Positions 1-9,769 of a stretch of DNA of 38,753 bases are shown here, one piece after another. The position numbers were made by a program, and so were the translations under genes. Origin of the DNA: Chiloscyllium plagiosum (Eukaryota); assembly GCF_004010195.1 (NCBI RefSeq), contig NW_025214063.1, positions 1 to 38,753 of the forward strand, read 5' to 3'. The notes beneath the pieces were generated by a model. That model worked only from the letters and a program-made list of their open reading frames with translations. It was not told the origin of the DNA and made no database searches. How positions within the stretch are numbered: the stretch's first letter is position 1; each line of letters starts with the position of its first letter.

Positions 1-31
1 AATTGGTTTTGTGAACGTTTGCATTAGATAT
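1..31 (-). CDS. HPDL: HPDL coding exon 5 (partial, runs off the left edge)
   Basis: Minus strand tttgttttattacag|A TAT CTA ATG CAA ACG TTC ACA AAA CCA ATT. The first A completes the AG|A codon from exon 4, giving RYLMQTFTKPI, which matches the HPPD-family (Y/F)LLQ(V/I)FTK motif. Confidence 0.9.
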   Translation of the reverse strand, partial: MSNANVHKTN

Positions 32-63
32 CTGTAATAAAACAAATATTTTAGTCGTGAAGA

Positions 64-885
64 TAGCATTAGAACATTATTTCAATGAGCCACCACACAC
101 TGCAGCACAAAGGAATTACAAAGAGCAGAGGAAAATCACCTATACAGTGTATTCAAAAAGAACGGGTATCCAATGAACTCAGTCTGCCAATTTCTCAGCA
201 ACAAACCCAAACAAGCATGCAAACCACGTCCAGAAACCCTAGCCATTCTCCCCTACATCAAAGACAGCGGGAGTGAGCTAGACCTCTTGGCATCATGGTA
301 GCCCGCAAACCCACTAAAACAGCAGCTAATGAACTTGAAGGTCCCTTTCCAGACATCAAGCAAAACTAATGTCATTTACAAAATACCTTGCAAGAACTGT
401 AACAAACATTACATTGGACAAACAGGCAGAAAACTAGCCACCAGGATATATATGAACATCAACGAGCCACAAAAAGACATGACCTGCTCTCACTAGTATC
501 TTGACATACAGATGAGAAAGGACAACACTTCGACTGGAACAACACATCCATCCTCTGACAAGCCAAACATAGACATCCGCGAGAATTCCTAGAAGCACGG
601 CATTTCAACCAGAACTAGATCAACAAACACAATGACTTGGATCCCATTTACCACCCCCTGAGAAAAAGAACCAGAAAACACATCAACAGAGGAAATGGCA
701 TCACCAACCAGAGGAAACCTAAACACATCAATAAAATGCGGGCGATACCACCAGTGCTTCACAGGAGGCTCACTGATGATGTTACCTAGTATGGTGACGA
801 AACGTCTGTAATACCTTCCAGCTCAGCGAGCAAACTTACGTCCAGAACCTCAACCTGAGCTATAAATCTTCCCAAAACTTGCTAA
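64..885 (+). mobile_element. 5'-truncated, decayed Penelope-like retroelement (RT C-terminus, GIY-YIG endonuclease, 3' region with hammerhead)
   Basis: Broken frames read IRTLFQ*ATTHCSTKELQRAEENHLYSVFKKNGYP and KTNVIYKIPCKNCNKHYIGQTGRKLATRI..EHQRATKRHD..FDWNNTSIL..REFLEA (VIY..YIG GIY-YIG signature). Multiple stops and frameshifts. Confidence 0.88.
764..819 (+). ncRNA. Minimal type I hammerhead ribozyme motif in the PLE 3' region
   Basis: CTGATGA (773-779), extra T, stem II GTTACC/GGTGAC (781-786/793-798) with loop TAGTAT, GAAA (799-802), palindromic ACGT mini stem III, cleavage triplet GTC (804-806). Stem I: CA/TG plus GGAGG/CTTCC. Confidence 0.8.
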
Positions 886-1105
886 CAGATTACACATACA
901 CAAAGATCAATGAATAGGCAAACATTTGGTCCCTGCTCATCAATATGTTCCTTTTTTTTTTAGAAAAAAGGAGAGAAAGTAAATTGAAGCACCCTCTCAG
1001 AGATTCAACTGAAAAACTACATTTCTCAGATACCTGATTAAAGGATGACAGGTTGCAAATGTGTCAAATGACAATGTGAAACATTTGTTAAGATCCCAAT
1101 TGCTG

Positions 1106-1480
1106 TAACAACTATTTCATCTCTATAGCATCTTTAATGAATGTGTCAAGATGCCTCACTTATCAAGCCACGAGGAAATATGACAAGACAGAAGACCAAA
1201 AACTAGAGCATCAGAAAGGAACAGACAGCGGGAGTGAGCTAGAGAGGAATAAGGAAGGAATTCCAAGTTTAGAGTACATGCAGCTAAAGATATCCTCTTC
1301 AATAATGCAGACACAAATAGGAGCTGCACAAGAGGTCAGAATGCAGTGCAGAAATTTCAGAAGTTTTTACACGCAGATGAAACTACAGTGATATGGAGAG
1401 ACAAGGCTTGGATGGAGTCAAAACTAAAAATGGGGATTTTAAAAATGGGTGTTGGTGACCTGGAAAACACTGAATGATCA
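1106..1480 (-). mobile_element. Ancient L2-type LINE 3' remnant
   Basis: Degenerate resemblance to recalled shark L2/DeuSINE tail sequence (tatagcatctttaa; ggaaggaattccaagtttagag..cagctaaag). Recognised by eye only. Confidence 0.4.
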
Positions 1481-1698
1481 GAACACCCAGGAAGGCATTT
1501 AGCAGAACCCAAGTATGTCCCAATGCCATTTTTGCACCCTGTTTAATCGAGTTTAATTAGGAGGTTACCCACAACTTAATTTTGGCTCAAGATGAAAATC
1601 AAAAAGCACTTCGTAAAAACAATTCTCTGGATTATTGTTTTCAATACTTCATTAAATTGTCTGGACTGACTTAACCAGAAGGTTTCCCGAAAACAAAC

Positions 1699-1835
1699 CT
1701 TGTATTAGCTGGCCCCTGACACTTGGCTTCTCCTTTCCAAGGCTCATCATCTATGTCAGAATCCAGAAGAATGCCATACTGCGAAAGCAACTCTGGGTCT
1801 TGTCCTGCTTTCATGATCTCCTGCCATTTCTCAGT
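1699..1835 (-). CDS. HPDL: HPDL coding exon 4
   Basis: cttctttcacag|ACT...ACA AG|gtttgt; 137 nt, phase 0 to 2. Encodes TEKWQEIMKAGQDPELLSQYGILLDSDIDDEPWKGEAKCQGPANT, containing the conserved GILLD motif. Confidence 0.92.
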
Positions 1836-1965
1836 CTGTGAAAGAAGCATGAAATTTACTGATGTTTACAATTTATAGTTTGTTGAATACAGATATTAGA
1901 CTCAAGTGCAAAAATTAAAAATGGGGCTAAAACAAACTAAAACAGTTAACTGTTAAATGTATTTA

Positions 1966-2174
1966 ATACTATAAATAGTGAACCTTACAGCTAGTTTGAT
2001 ACTTTTCAAAACGTGGGAACATCCACTAATTTAGAAACTAGTTTATTTGCAAACAAGTTTTATTTTCCAACCAACTGTTATATGTATTTTCAAATAAATT
2101 AGTTTCTAAATTAGTGGATGTTCCCATCTTTTGAAAAGTATCAAACTAGCTGTAAGTTCCTGTATTTATAGCAT
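1966..2174. repeat. Long AT-rich inverted repeat (arms about 84 bp, spacer about 40 bp); possible MITE or fold-back duplication
   Basis: cttacagctagtttgatacttttcaaaacgtgggaacatccactaatttagaaactagtttatttg is nearly the reverse complement of caaataaattagtttctaaattagtggatgttcccatcttttgaaaagtatcaaactagctgtaag; pairing extends to ctataaata/tatttatag. Confidence 0.9.
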
Positions 2175-3904
2175 CTACGGGTCACTCGTTCCTCAATAAG
2201 GTATAGGAAAGATGATTAAGTCCACAGATGTGAAGAAATTAAGAACAGAAGTAAATGCAATTGTATATCTCAAGAACATTAGTATTGTTCCACTACTTTT
2301 GTGTTGCTGTCCTATGTGAGATAGGTACTCATAGATGAGAAATTTGTGGTGGTGTTTGCATGTTATAGGGTAGTATATTTAAGAGTAGGGAATGACAGGT
2401 TTCACATCTGATTTTCACTTATTTTGAAAAAGAACTGTTCGTGTGCAGAAGTGTCTTTTGCAAAGATATTTTCTATCTGCGTTTCATTTAATCTTGCCAG
2501 CATAATTAATGATAGAGGACATCTAATCAAAACTAAGGCAGCATACTTCACATGTCCATGTGGTCTGACTGAACTAAACATTGCCATCGCAATCCGGAAT
2601 GATAAATACTGATCTGGATTTTGCAGTCAGCAAAGCAATATCACTTGCTATTCATCATACATGCAGCTACTCAGAAAAATATTTGAGAGCTTTTTATGTA
2701 GCATTTTGTGGTGTTTGATGTCACTTTCAGCACTACAACTTCTCCAGGGGATCTGCAGTGTGAGAAGGTAATCATCAATGTGGCTCTTCAATCAGACGGA
2801 AAGAATCAAACAGAAATGATACCACTTCTAATGCTGTACAAGTGAGCTAGTTTAGAGTCTATTATCATTAATATAGTAGACTAACTTTTAATTCATTGCA
2901 AGATCAGAAAAGGGAAAGATTACCTCTTGTATCTCTCTCAAGTCTAAGCTTTTTTTCAAAAAGTTTATATCTTCCAAAACAAGCAAAATTCTAAAGGAAT
3001 GAGTCTCTGTATTTACAAAATCTTCTTCTGGTGTGTTTGTTAAAGAGCTAGTGCATAAGTAGAGCAACCTCACTGCCCAAGCAATCCGGGTGATCATAGA
3101 TCTCTGGCTCCCTCAAATACTGAAGACTTAGCAATATCAACCAATTTACTATATACAGATTTACAAAAGATGATTGATAATTCCATTCTTGACAATACAA
3201 ACATGGAGGTGGACATCATGCTTTGATTGCTGACTCATAAACTGAAATATAAAAAAATTCTGAACTGTATTTCGCTCTGGTTTTCATCTTGACAACAATG
3301 AATGAATTAATTAATCAAAAAATACTTATTAAGTAAAACAAACTTTCCCAAGTTAGAGTCTTGCCTTATGTTTGGAGATATTGAGAATGCACATATTAGA
3401 CCAAGTTGTTATGAAAAATCCAAAGCCACACATAGATTCAGTACTTTCATTTTTTTATCAACTCAATTACAATCCAGCTTATGGATTAGCAAGAAAACAC
3501 AATCTTTAAAATCTTTACATTCGAACAGAAATGATTGACATCAATAAGCATTAATGAATGGAAGTTGTGTAACCCTTTGTAACCACAATAAATTACTCAG
3601 CATTAGATTAACAAGAATGCACTAGCAGCCAATTAGTTCTAGTATGCTTTTTCATTCTCCATTTTTGTTTTGTAGTATTAAATAACTCAAAGCAGTGCTT
3701 TCCAAAGTTAACCAGATGTTAAGTTGGAATTCAAATATGACAGATTGTTTTCTTGATTATAAACAAAGTGAAAGAGCAAGTGACCTCAATATTAGTATTT
3801 TCAGCGTATTTTAATGATTATATTTTACTAAAAGAAATACCAGACTTCCTTTTATTTCTCTCAACTGCGCACACTCTACTCCCTTGGTTTCTGCTTATCT
3901 GTAA

Positions 3905-4480
3905 AATGGTATGCACTACCAGGCTTCAGCATACCTGCCATGGACCTTGAGTGGGCCCAGTATGGAGGAGAGTGAGCCCTTAACTACTTTTCTGGATCAG
4001 GAATTGTCAGCCGCTACATTGGCAGAGGTGACGTCAGCAAAGCAGGCCCAGCATCAGATGGAGTCTCAGAATTTGCAACTTCATTGTTCATTGGCTTCAG
4101 TACTGGCGATGATGGAAGGACATTACAACAGTGTTGATGAGGTGGGTCCATCAGCAAGCGACAGAACTCTGACATTGCCTGAGCTGGACTAACACCAATG
4201 GCAGAGGAGTATTGGCCAAATGGCAAAGTTGGTGCTTGAGGAGCGTCCACTTCAAATGTTGGTTAGATCTGTTGCAGACAGCGGCAAAGCGGTAGTAGAG
4301 GTATAGCAGCACAGGGGTCGTTGACGGTGATGAGCTGGCTCAGGACTGATAGATGTAGCTTGGAGAGAGTCTTTTTTCCTTACTCTTAAATTATTCAAAA
4401 CACCACCACTTTGTGGTGACAAGTGAAAGCTTTTCACTTTATTGTATTTTTACTCTAAAATACATGTGACAATAAAATCA
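3905..4480 (+). mobile_element. Unclassified interspersed repeat ending in a LINE-like 3' tail
   Basis: GC-richer block ending agcttttcact...tacatgtgacaataaa. A related tail occurs on the minus strand near 33790-33885 (cttttcactgtactcat...caataaaatc). Left boundary uncertain. Confidence 0.35.
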
Positions 4481-4733
4481 AAAACTGCATGGAGTAGGGA
4501 GCGTTCATTATAATCAGCTCAATGAAACATAATTACAACTATAGGTCAGAAGAAAGCAAGGAAGCTCAAACAATGAGCAATGATAAAATTATTGTAGAGA
4601 AAAAAAAGTTTATCCACAGCCACATCTGTGGTAAATCAGTGATTTCAACAAGCATGCTGTCTGAAAACTCTAATTTTAAGAAGTTCCTCTTCTTTTAGTA
4701 AAGAGTTCAGGAGTAGATGTTTATTCAACTTTC

Positions 4734-4936
4734 GATGTGGAGATGCCAGTGTTGGACTGGGGTGGATAAGATCAAAAGTCAGACGACACCAGGTTACAGT
4801 CCAACAAGTTTATTTGAAATCACAAGCTTTTGGAGTGTTGTCCCTTTGTCAGGTGAAGGGGCAATGCTCCAAAAGCTTGTGATTACAAATAAATCTGTCG
4901 GACCATAACCTGGTGACGTCTGACTTGTGATCTTAT
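4734..4936. mobile_element. Miniature palindromic (fold-back) PLE derivative
   Basis: Tail gatgtggagatgccagtgttggactggggtgg, then ~80 bp inverted arms (ataagatcaaaagtcagacg..cacaagcttttggag / ctccaaaagcttgtg..cgtctgacttgtgatcttat). Homologous to the ends of the GIY-YIG element at 23991-26134. Flanks ttattcaacttt (4721-4732) / ttattcaaattt (4933-4944). Confidence 0.82.
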
Positions 4937-5177
4937 TCAAATTTTTAATATTCTAGGCAGTCAGTGCAAACCCAAATTATCATATCAACTCAGTTGAAAG
5001 TCACAAATATAATTTGGAATACTAAAGGTAACATTATCATTAGGTGCTTCAGCACCACTCAAAATTGATTTTAGGTAGACAATAGTATTACTATTATTAA
5101 ACATTGTCTTTTGACACTGCAATTCAATTTCATTTCCTTTACAGATCAAAACTGTTGAACTAACCCTGCTGCAGTAC

Positions 5178-5329
5178 CTCATTGTAATATGCAGAAGGGG
5201 GACAGAAAAACTGAACTCCAGCATCTGTAAGGAACTTGCAAGTTGAAACTATGTCAGTCGTGTACAAGCCCACATGCTGTATCCCAGCTCCATGGTGCTG
5301 ATCTAAAAATGTGTCAATTTGATTTTTAC
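5178..5329 (-). CDS. HPDL: HPDL coding exon 3
   Basis: ttgtgttttag|GT AAA...AAT GAG|gtactg; 152 nt, phase 1 to 0. Encodes (G)KNQIDTFLDQHHGAGIQHVGLYTTDIVSTCKFLTDAGVQFFCPPSAYYNE, with the G.G.QH iron-ligand motif and PP.AYY. Confidence 0.95.
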
Positions 5330-5519
5330 CTAAAACACAAACAAATTATTTGTGAAAGATACCTAACAACTTATTTTCATATTCCTTACATCAATCTATA
5401 AATCACTGAGCCATACTAATTGTTATCCTCATTTCATTGTTTAGAAATTTATTTCAAATGGAAAGATCAATCAATATACAAGCATTACAGAATGCAGTTG
5501 ATTCCAGATGCATAGTTCT

Positions 5520-6356
5520 CGTGCTTATGGGTATGTTCGCCAAGCCAGGAAGTTGATTTGCGGACTTTTCATCCCCTGTCTAGGTGACATCTACAGTACT
5601 TTAGAGCATCCTGTGAAGCGCTGCTATACTGTCTCTTATGGAATTTATTTGGTTCCGTTTCTGCTTCTTCCGATTGTTCATTGTAGTGGCCGGTATATTG
5701 GGTCTATGTGCTTGTTGATGGAGTCTGTGGATGAGTGCCATGCTTCTCAAAATGCTCTGGCTGTCCTCTGTTTGGCTTGTCCTAGTTGAATTTGTGGTAC
5801 CTGTCATCTGTGTGTATGGCTATTAGGGACAGCTGGTCGTGGCGTTTAGTGGCTAGTTGGTGTTAATGGATGTGGATTGTTAAGTGTCCGACTGTTTTCC
5901 ATATATCGTGTTTCGTGCAGTCTTTGCATGGAATCTTGTAAATTACATTAGTCCACAGTCAGCTGTCCCTAGTAGCCATACACAAAGTTGACACACAGGG
6001 ACCACAAATTCGCCTGGGATAACACAACGATCATAGCACAAACCATACAGAAGACAGCCAGAGAATTCCTAGAAGCATGGCACTCATCCACTGACTATCA
6101 ACAAGCAGTTAGACTTAGATGCAATACATCGAACTACTACAACAAACAACTGGAACCGGCAACCAGAAGCAGCAGTAACAGAATGAAATAAATTCCAGAA
6201 GACAGTACAGCAGCACTTCACAGAAGGCAACAAAGCACTGAAGATGTCACCTAGACACGGGATGAAACAGTCTGTAAATCAATTTCCTAACTCTGCAAAC
6301 ATACCCACAAGGACGACAATTAACACCCGAGATACAAATCTTTACACAAACCTTGA
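5520..6356. mobile_element. Inverted (fold-back) Penelope-like element: minus arm ~5520-5952, plus arm ~5953-6356
   Basis: Minus arm reads TNVIYKIPCKDCTKH..HQLATKRHDQLSLIAIH; plus arm reads HKFAWDNTTIIAQ..TAREFLEAWHS (GIY-YIG). Decayed hammerhead cores at 5563-5596(-) and 6238-6272(+). Flanked by agatgcatagttct (5506-5519) / agatgcacaattct (6357-6370). Confidence 0.85.
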
Positions 6357-6906
6357 AGATGCACAATTCTTTGTGCAATAATTAGTGACAGAAATCCATA
6401 TTGTTATATCTTTCATATAAGCACTGGAAAAAGCAAGCATACAAATGGCTGGTAGAACAGGGTCTCGAAATATTTGATAGCACAAAGGGGGAAGTTATGG
6501 TCTGGACACTGAATAGAAAAATGGTACTGGCATACATTACATTAGGTGAGAACCAGCATGGAAGCATTTGGATTGCAATAATTGGAGGCAAAAAATCCTC
6601 TCTTTTGGAGAGGTGGGATGGTGGAAGGTCAGAGACAATGTTGCAGCACTTTCTCTGAAAGATTATACACACCTATGAGAATTGATCCATTACTATTGAT
6701 AGCTCACATAGGTAAAGAAAAACAAAAGGTCTCAAAACTTTGATCAATGAAAAGTTTAAAATTAACATTATAAAAGATAGTGAAGAACAAATATGTCCCT
6801 ACTTTGAAAGCAATGATAGAGCTTAAATATGTATACATACAATAAACACAAGTATGTTGAGCCTGAGAAAATTACTCAGGTATCCACATTATTAACAGCA
6901 CTGTAC

Positions 6907-7073
6907 CTTGATTGGCTAAGGACTCAGCTATCACAAATTTGCAGTCCAATTTCTGCTGTTCATTTGTAGGCATGGACATGCCAACTTCACTGCATTTCCA
7001 ATACTCCATAGCAGTTAAGCGCAGACCAACATTATTTCCTTCAATGACATAACCGTGATTTAGATCTTCACTT
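6907..7073 (-). CDS. HPDL: HPDL coding exon 2
   Basis: gagtttacag|A AGT GAA...CAA G|gtacag; 167 nt, phase 2 to 1. Encodes SEDLNHGYVIEGNNVGLRLTAMEYWKCSEVGMSMPTNEQQKLDCKFVIAESLANQ; GLRLTA and AESL match HPDL. Confidence 0.93.
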
Positions 7074-7953
7074 CTGTAAACTCAGCAAAATCAAAACCAT
7101 CATATTTTAAATTAAATCAAGTGAAAATACTCTTAAGAACTTCAGATTGTATTTTAATCAAAATTATTCAGAATAGTGTTAATTGTAAAATTATATTCTC
7201 CAACAAATACAATTTGCATTTATATAGCATCTTTAAATAAAAAAAGGAATCTTATTCAGAGGGTGAGAAAATAAATAGGGAGAGATAATGGAATGGATTT
7301 TAGAATATCAATAGATGTGGCAGTTCTTATGGTGAATAAAAAGGTAGACAAGTACCAGACAACTAAGAAACCACTGAACAATGAGCATTGACTTTAAAGT
7401 CTCTTATGTGTAGTGAACAGCACTGGTGGCAAAATGGCTTGTGTCATGGACTTCACCCGCCAGTGCTATGGAAACAGCCCAGGGTAGGTACCATAACGCA
7501 GGCAGCGAAAACAAAAACATCTGTAAAATCAAGGTTTAGACAGCAGAGGGGATGATCACAAATGTCTTGGCAACGGGCAGGAAGCTAACTAACAACGGCA
7601 GATTCAGCTGGTCACGTGTAAATGGTCATTACTTCTGTAAGTGACTCAAGTCTTGAAACAGTTAACAAAAAGAAAGTGTTGGAGAAACTCAGCGGGCCTG
7701 ACAGTCAGAAACAGAGCTCATGTCTAGTGAGACTGCATAACTGAAAGGTGCCGGCAAACTGTAGTGTTTATGCTGTAAAGAGGACGGAGGAGGATGATGG
7801 AGGAGGGGTGAAAAGAAGAAACTTGGTCCGCTCTGCAGCGAATGAGTGTCGAAATAACGGTCGCTGCGTTTCTAAGTTAGTTAGCCGGAGTTGAAGGAGA
7901 GTTGGCGGCCGCTCCTCCTTTCCCGAAGTAAAACAAAAAGGCCCTGCACTGAC

Positions 7954-8576
7954 CGGTTGACAAGGAAGCGCTGGAAGCCGAAGCAGCGGCGGTACCAGTC
8001 CATGATGTGAACGCTCTGCCGGCGGGGACACGCGTAGGTGATGTGATCGAAATGGCTGATGGCTACCAGCCCCCCGGACACCTCCCGCTCTTCAGCCCAG
8101 TCCCCGGGGTAAGGCGGCTGCACGAAGCCGGGCAGGAATTCCCCACGGTAACCGCTCCGGTCGATCAGAGTGTGTGAGATATTGCCCACCACTGAGCGCA
8201 CCACCGAGTAGGTGACCCAGCCCAGCTCATCCTCCACCGGCCTCGGCGGGACAACGACCTGGCAGCCCAGGCGGTGCAACCGCAGCGTCGCCCGCTCCAC
8301 ATCCTTCACCTCGAAGGACACGTTACAGGCGCTGTCCACCGCCTGGGCCGGAACCACATCGTACAGGAGGCCCCCGGGCTCCGAGCGCTCGCCGACCCGG
8401 CTCTCATTCACCACGAAGACGGCGGAGCCTCTCCTCAGAGCGATCTGCTTAGCCCGCTCTGTCACCCGCGTGCCGCACAGCTGGAAACGGAAACGGCGCA
8501 AGAGGTCGCGCGCTAGGCGCTCGCTGTCGCGCACGTGAAGGGCGATGTGGGACAACCGCTGAAGCTGCACCGCCAT
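7954..8576 (-). CDS. HPDL: HPDL (4-hydroxyphenylpyruvate dioxygenase-like) first coding exon
   Basis: ATG at 8576 in gtgATGG context. MAVQLQRLSHIALHV..AVFVVNE..SACNVSFEV..VVRSVVGNISHTLIDRSGYRGEFLPGF..FDHITYACP (VOC fold; first iron-binding His in FDHI). Donor AAC CG|gtcagt, phase 2. Confidence 0.93.
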
Positions 8577-8591
8577 CACCGCGGGGAACAC

Positions 8592-9380
8592 CTGTGGGAG
8601 GGGCTTAGGGACTTGGCCCTAGGGATTAGCAAGTGGAGGTAGAGCCTGGAAGTGGTGGCACCAGGGCTTTTGCGGACTGACTTCTTAGGGGAGGGGAGTG
8701 TTGTGTGCCACGGAATAGGGAAATAGATCCTCGGTCCCCTTGGGGTAGTTTTGTCAAGGGGTGAGGAAGGGGCGGGGCTTGGAGGAAAGGGCGAGGATCG
8801 CTCACGCCATGAGGGGCGGGATTTAGATGGGTGGGCGGGGCCTTGTGGCAGAGGGGCGGGGTGTGTGCAGCGCTGCAGGGCGGGGCTTTGATTGCTGGTG
8901 TAAATCCCGACGCTGCGAGGGGGCGGGGCGCTTCCCTTTGTGATGGACGGCACCTGTAGGAGAGTAGCGAGGCATCGAGCCTTTTCTCTTCGGTAGGAGG
9001 CGGGGCCTGGGCTGAGGCGCGGAGTTTGGAGGAAAGTGGGCGGTGTTATCCGCTCTGTGATGTGGAGGTGCTGGTGTTGGACTGGGGTGGACAAAGTTAA
9101 AAATCACACAACACCAGGTCATTGTCCAACAGGTTTATTTGGAAGCACTAGCTTTCTGAGCGCTGGTCCTTCATCATGCACTCCGAAAGCTAGTGCTTCC
9201 AAATAAACCTGTTGGACTATAACCTGGTATTGTGTGATTTTTAACTTTAAACAAATCTAACGCTCTCTGAAGATGGGGATTTAGGAAAGGGGCGTGGTGT
9301 GGATTTAGGGGCGGGCTCCAGGTTTGGTTTGGTTTGGTGGGGGCGAGGCAGTCGCCTTCAGAGGCCCTGGTGAGTGGTAG
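8592..9380 (-). promoter_or_regulatory. GC-box-rich CpG-island promoter / 5' region of HPDL
   Basis: About eight GG(G)GCGGG Sp/KLF boxes (near 8770, 8813, 8833, 8853, 8879, 8920, 8999, 9308); CpG-rich sequence continuous with exon 1. Confidence 0.75.
9059..9248. mobile_element. Miniature palindromic (fold-back) PLE derivative inside the HPDL promoter
   Basis: 34-nt tail 9059-9092, then arms aaagttaaaaatcacacaacaccagg..ggaagcactagctttc / gaaagctagtgcttcc..tgtgtgatttttaacttt, nearly identical to the ends of the 23991-26134 element. Centre holds a hammerhead remnant (minus strand TGATGAaggaccagcgctcaGAAAgcta). Confidence 0.88.
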
Positions 9381-9769
9381 TTCTGCTTTGCAGACTTACA
9401 AGGTGCTATTTTTGAACTATATTGCCATCTCAAATTTGTTTCAAAGCAACTTAATGATAAATAATGAATGCCAAGTCAAATATGAAAACGATAACAATGT
9501 TATTCAAATATTTGTTGAAAGAACTGGGTTTGAAGATTTGGCTTAAAAGAGGAAAGGGAGTGAGAAATTTAAGCTGGCATTTTCCAGATTTCAGTGTAGG
9601 AAGATAACACAACCATTCTATCGATATCTAGTCTGTAGCTGCCATTCCGATAGTACTTTTTATTTTAATCTTTAACATTTCTTATTTATCTCTGTATTGT
9701 ATTTTACCAATATTCTTTATCATCATAAACTAAGGAATTATGTATGAGAAAATGAGCAAGAAAGGTTAA

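Noticed and set aside
2200..3200. Short ORFs (2402-2587, 2424-2612, 2888-3097) hinting at a decayed gene
   Set aside because: No motif I recognise and no consistent frame; a tBLASTx/HMM search would be needed.
3911..4192. 93-aa ORF with natural-looking composition
   Set aside because: Lies in a probable repeat ending with a LINE-like tail, antisense in an HPDL intron; no recognisable homology.
6238..6272. Hammerhead copies at 6238(+), 5563-5596(-) and 26050(+) as active ribozymes
   Set aside because: Core or stem mutations (weak stem II plus an inserted A; CTGTAGA; CAGATGA) make activity unlikely.
7881..7953. C-terminal part of the 236-aa ORF (SVQGLFVLLRERRSGRQLSFNSG)
   Set aside because: Intron read-through beyond the gtcagt donor; HPDL homology continues in exon 2 instead.
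8212..9122. Overlapping ORFs 8212-8538, 8274-8516, 8576-9094 and 8823-9122
   Set aside because: Antisense or low-complexity Pro/Arg-rich frames expected in a GC-rich CpG island; no recognisable domain.
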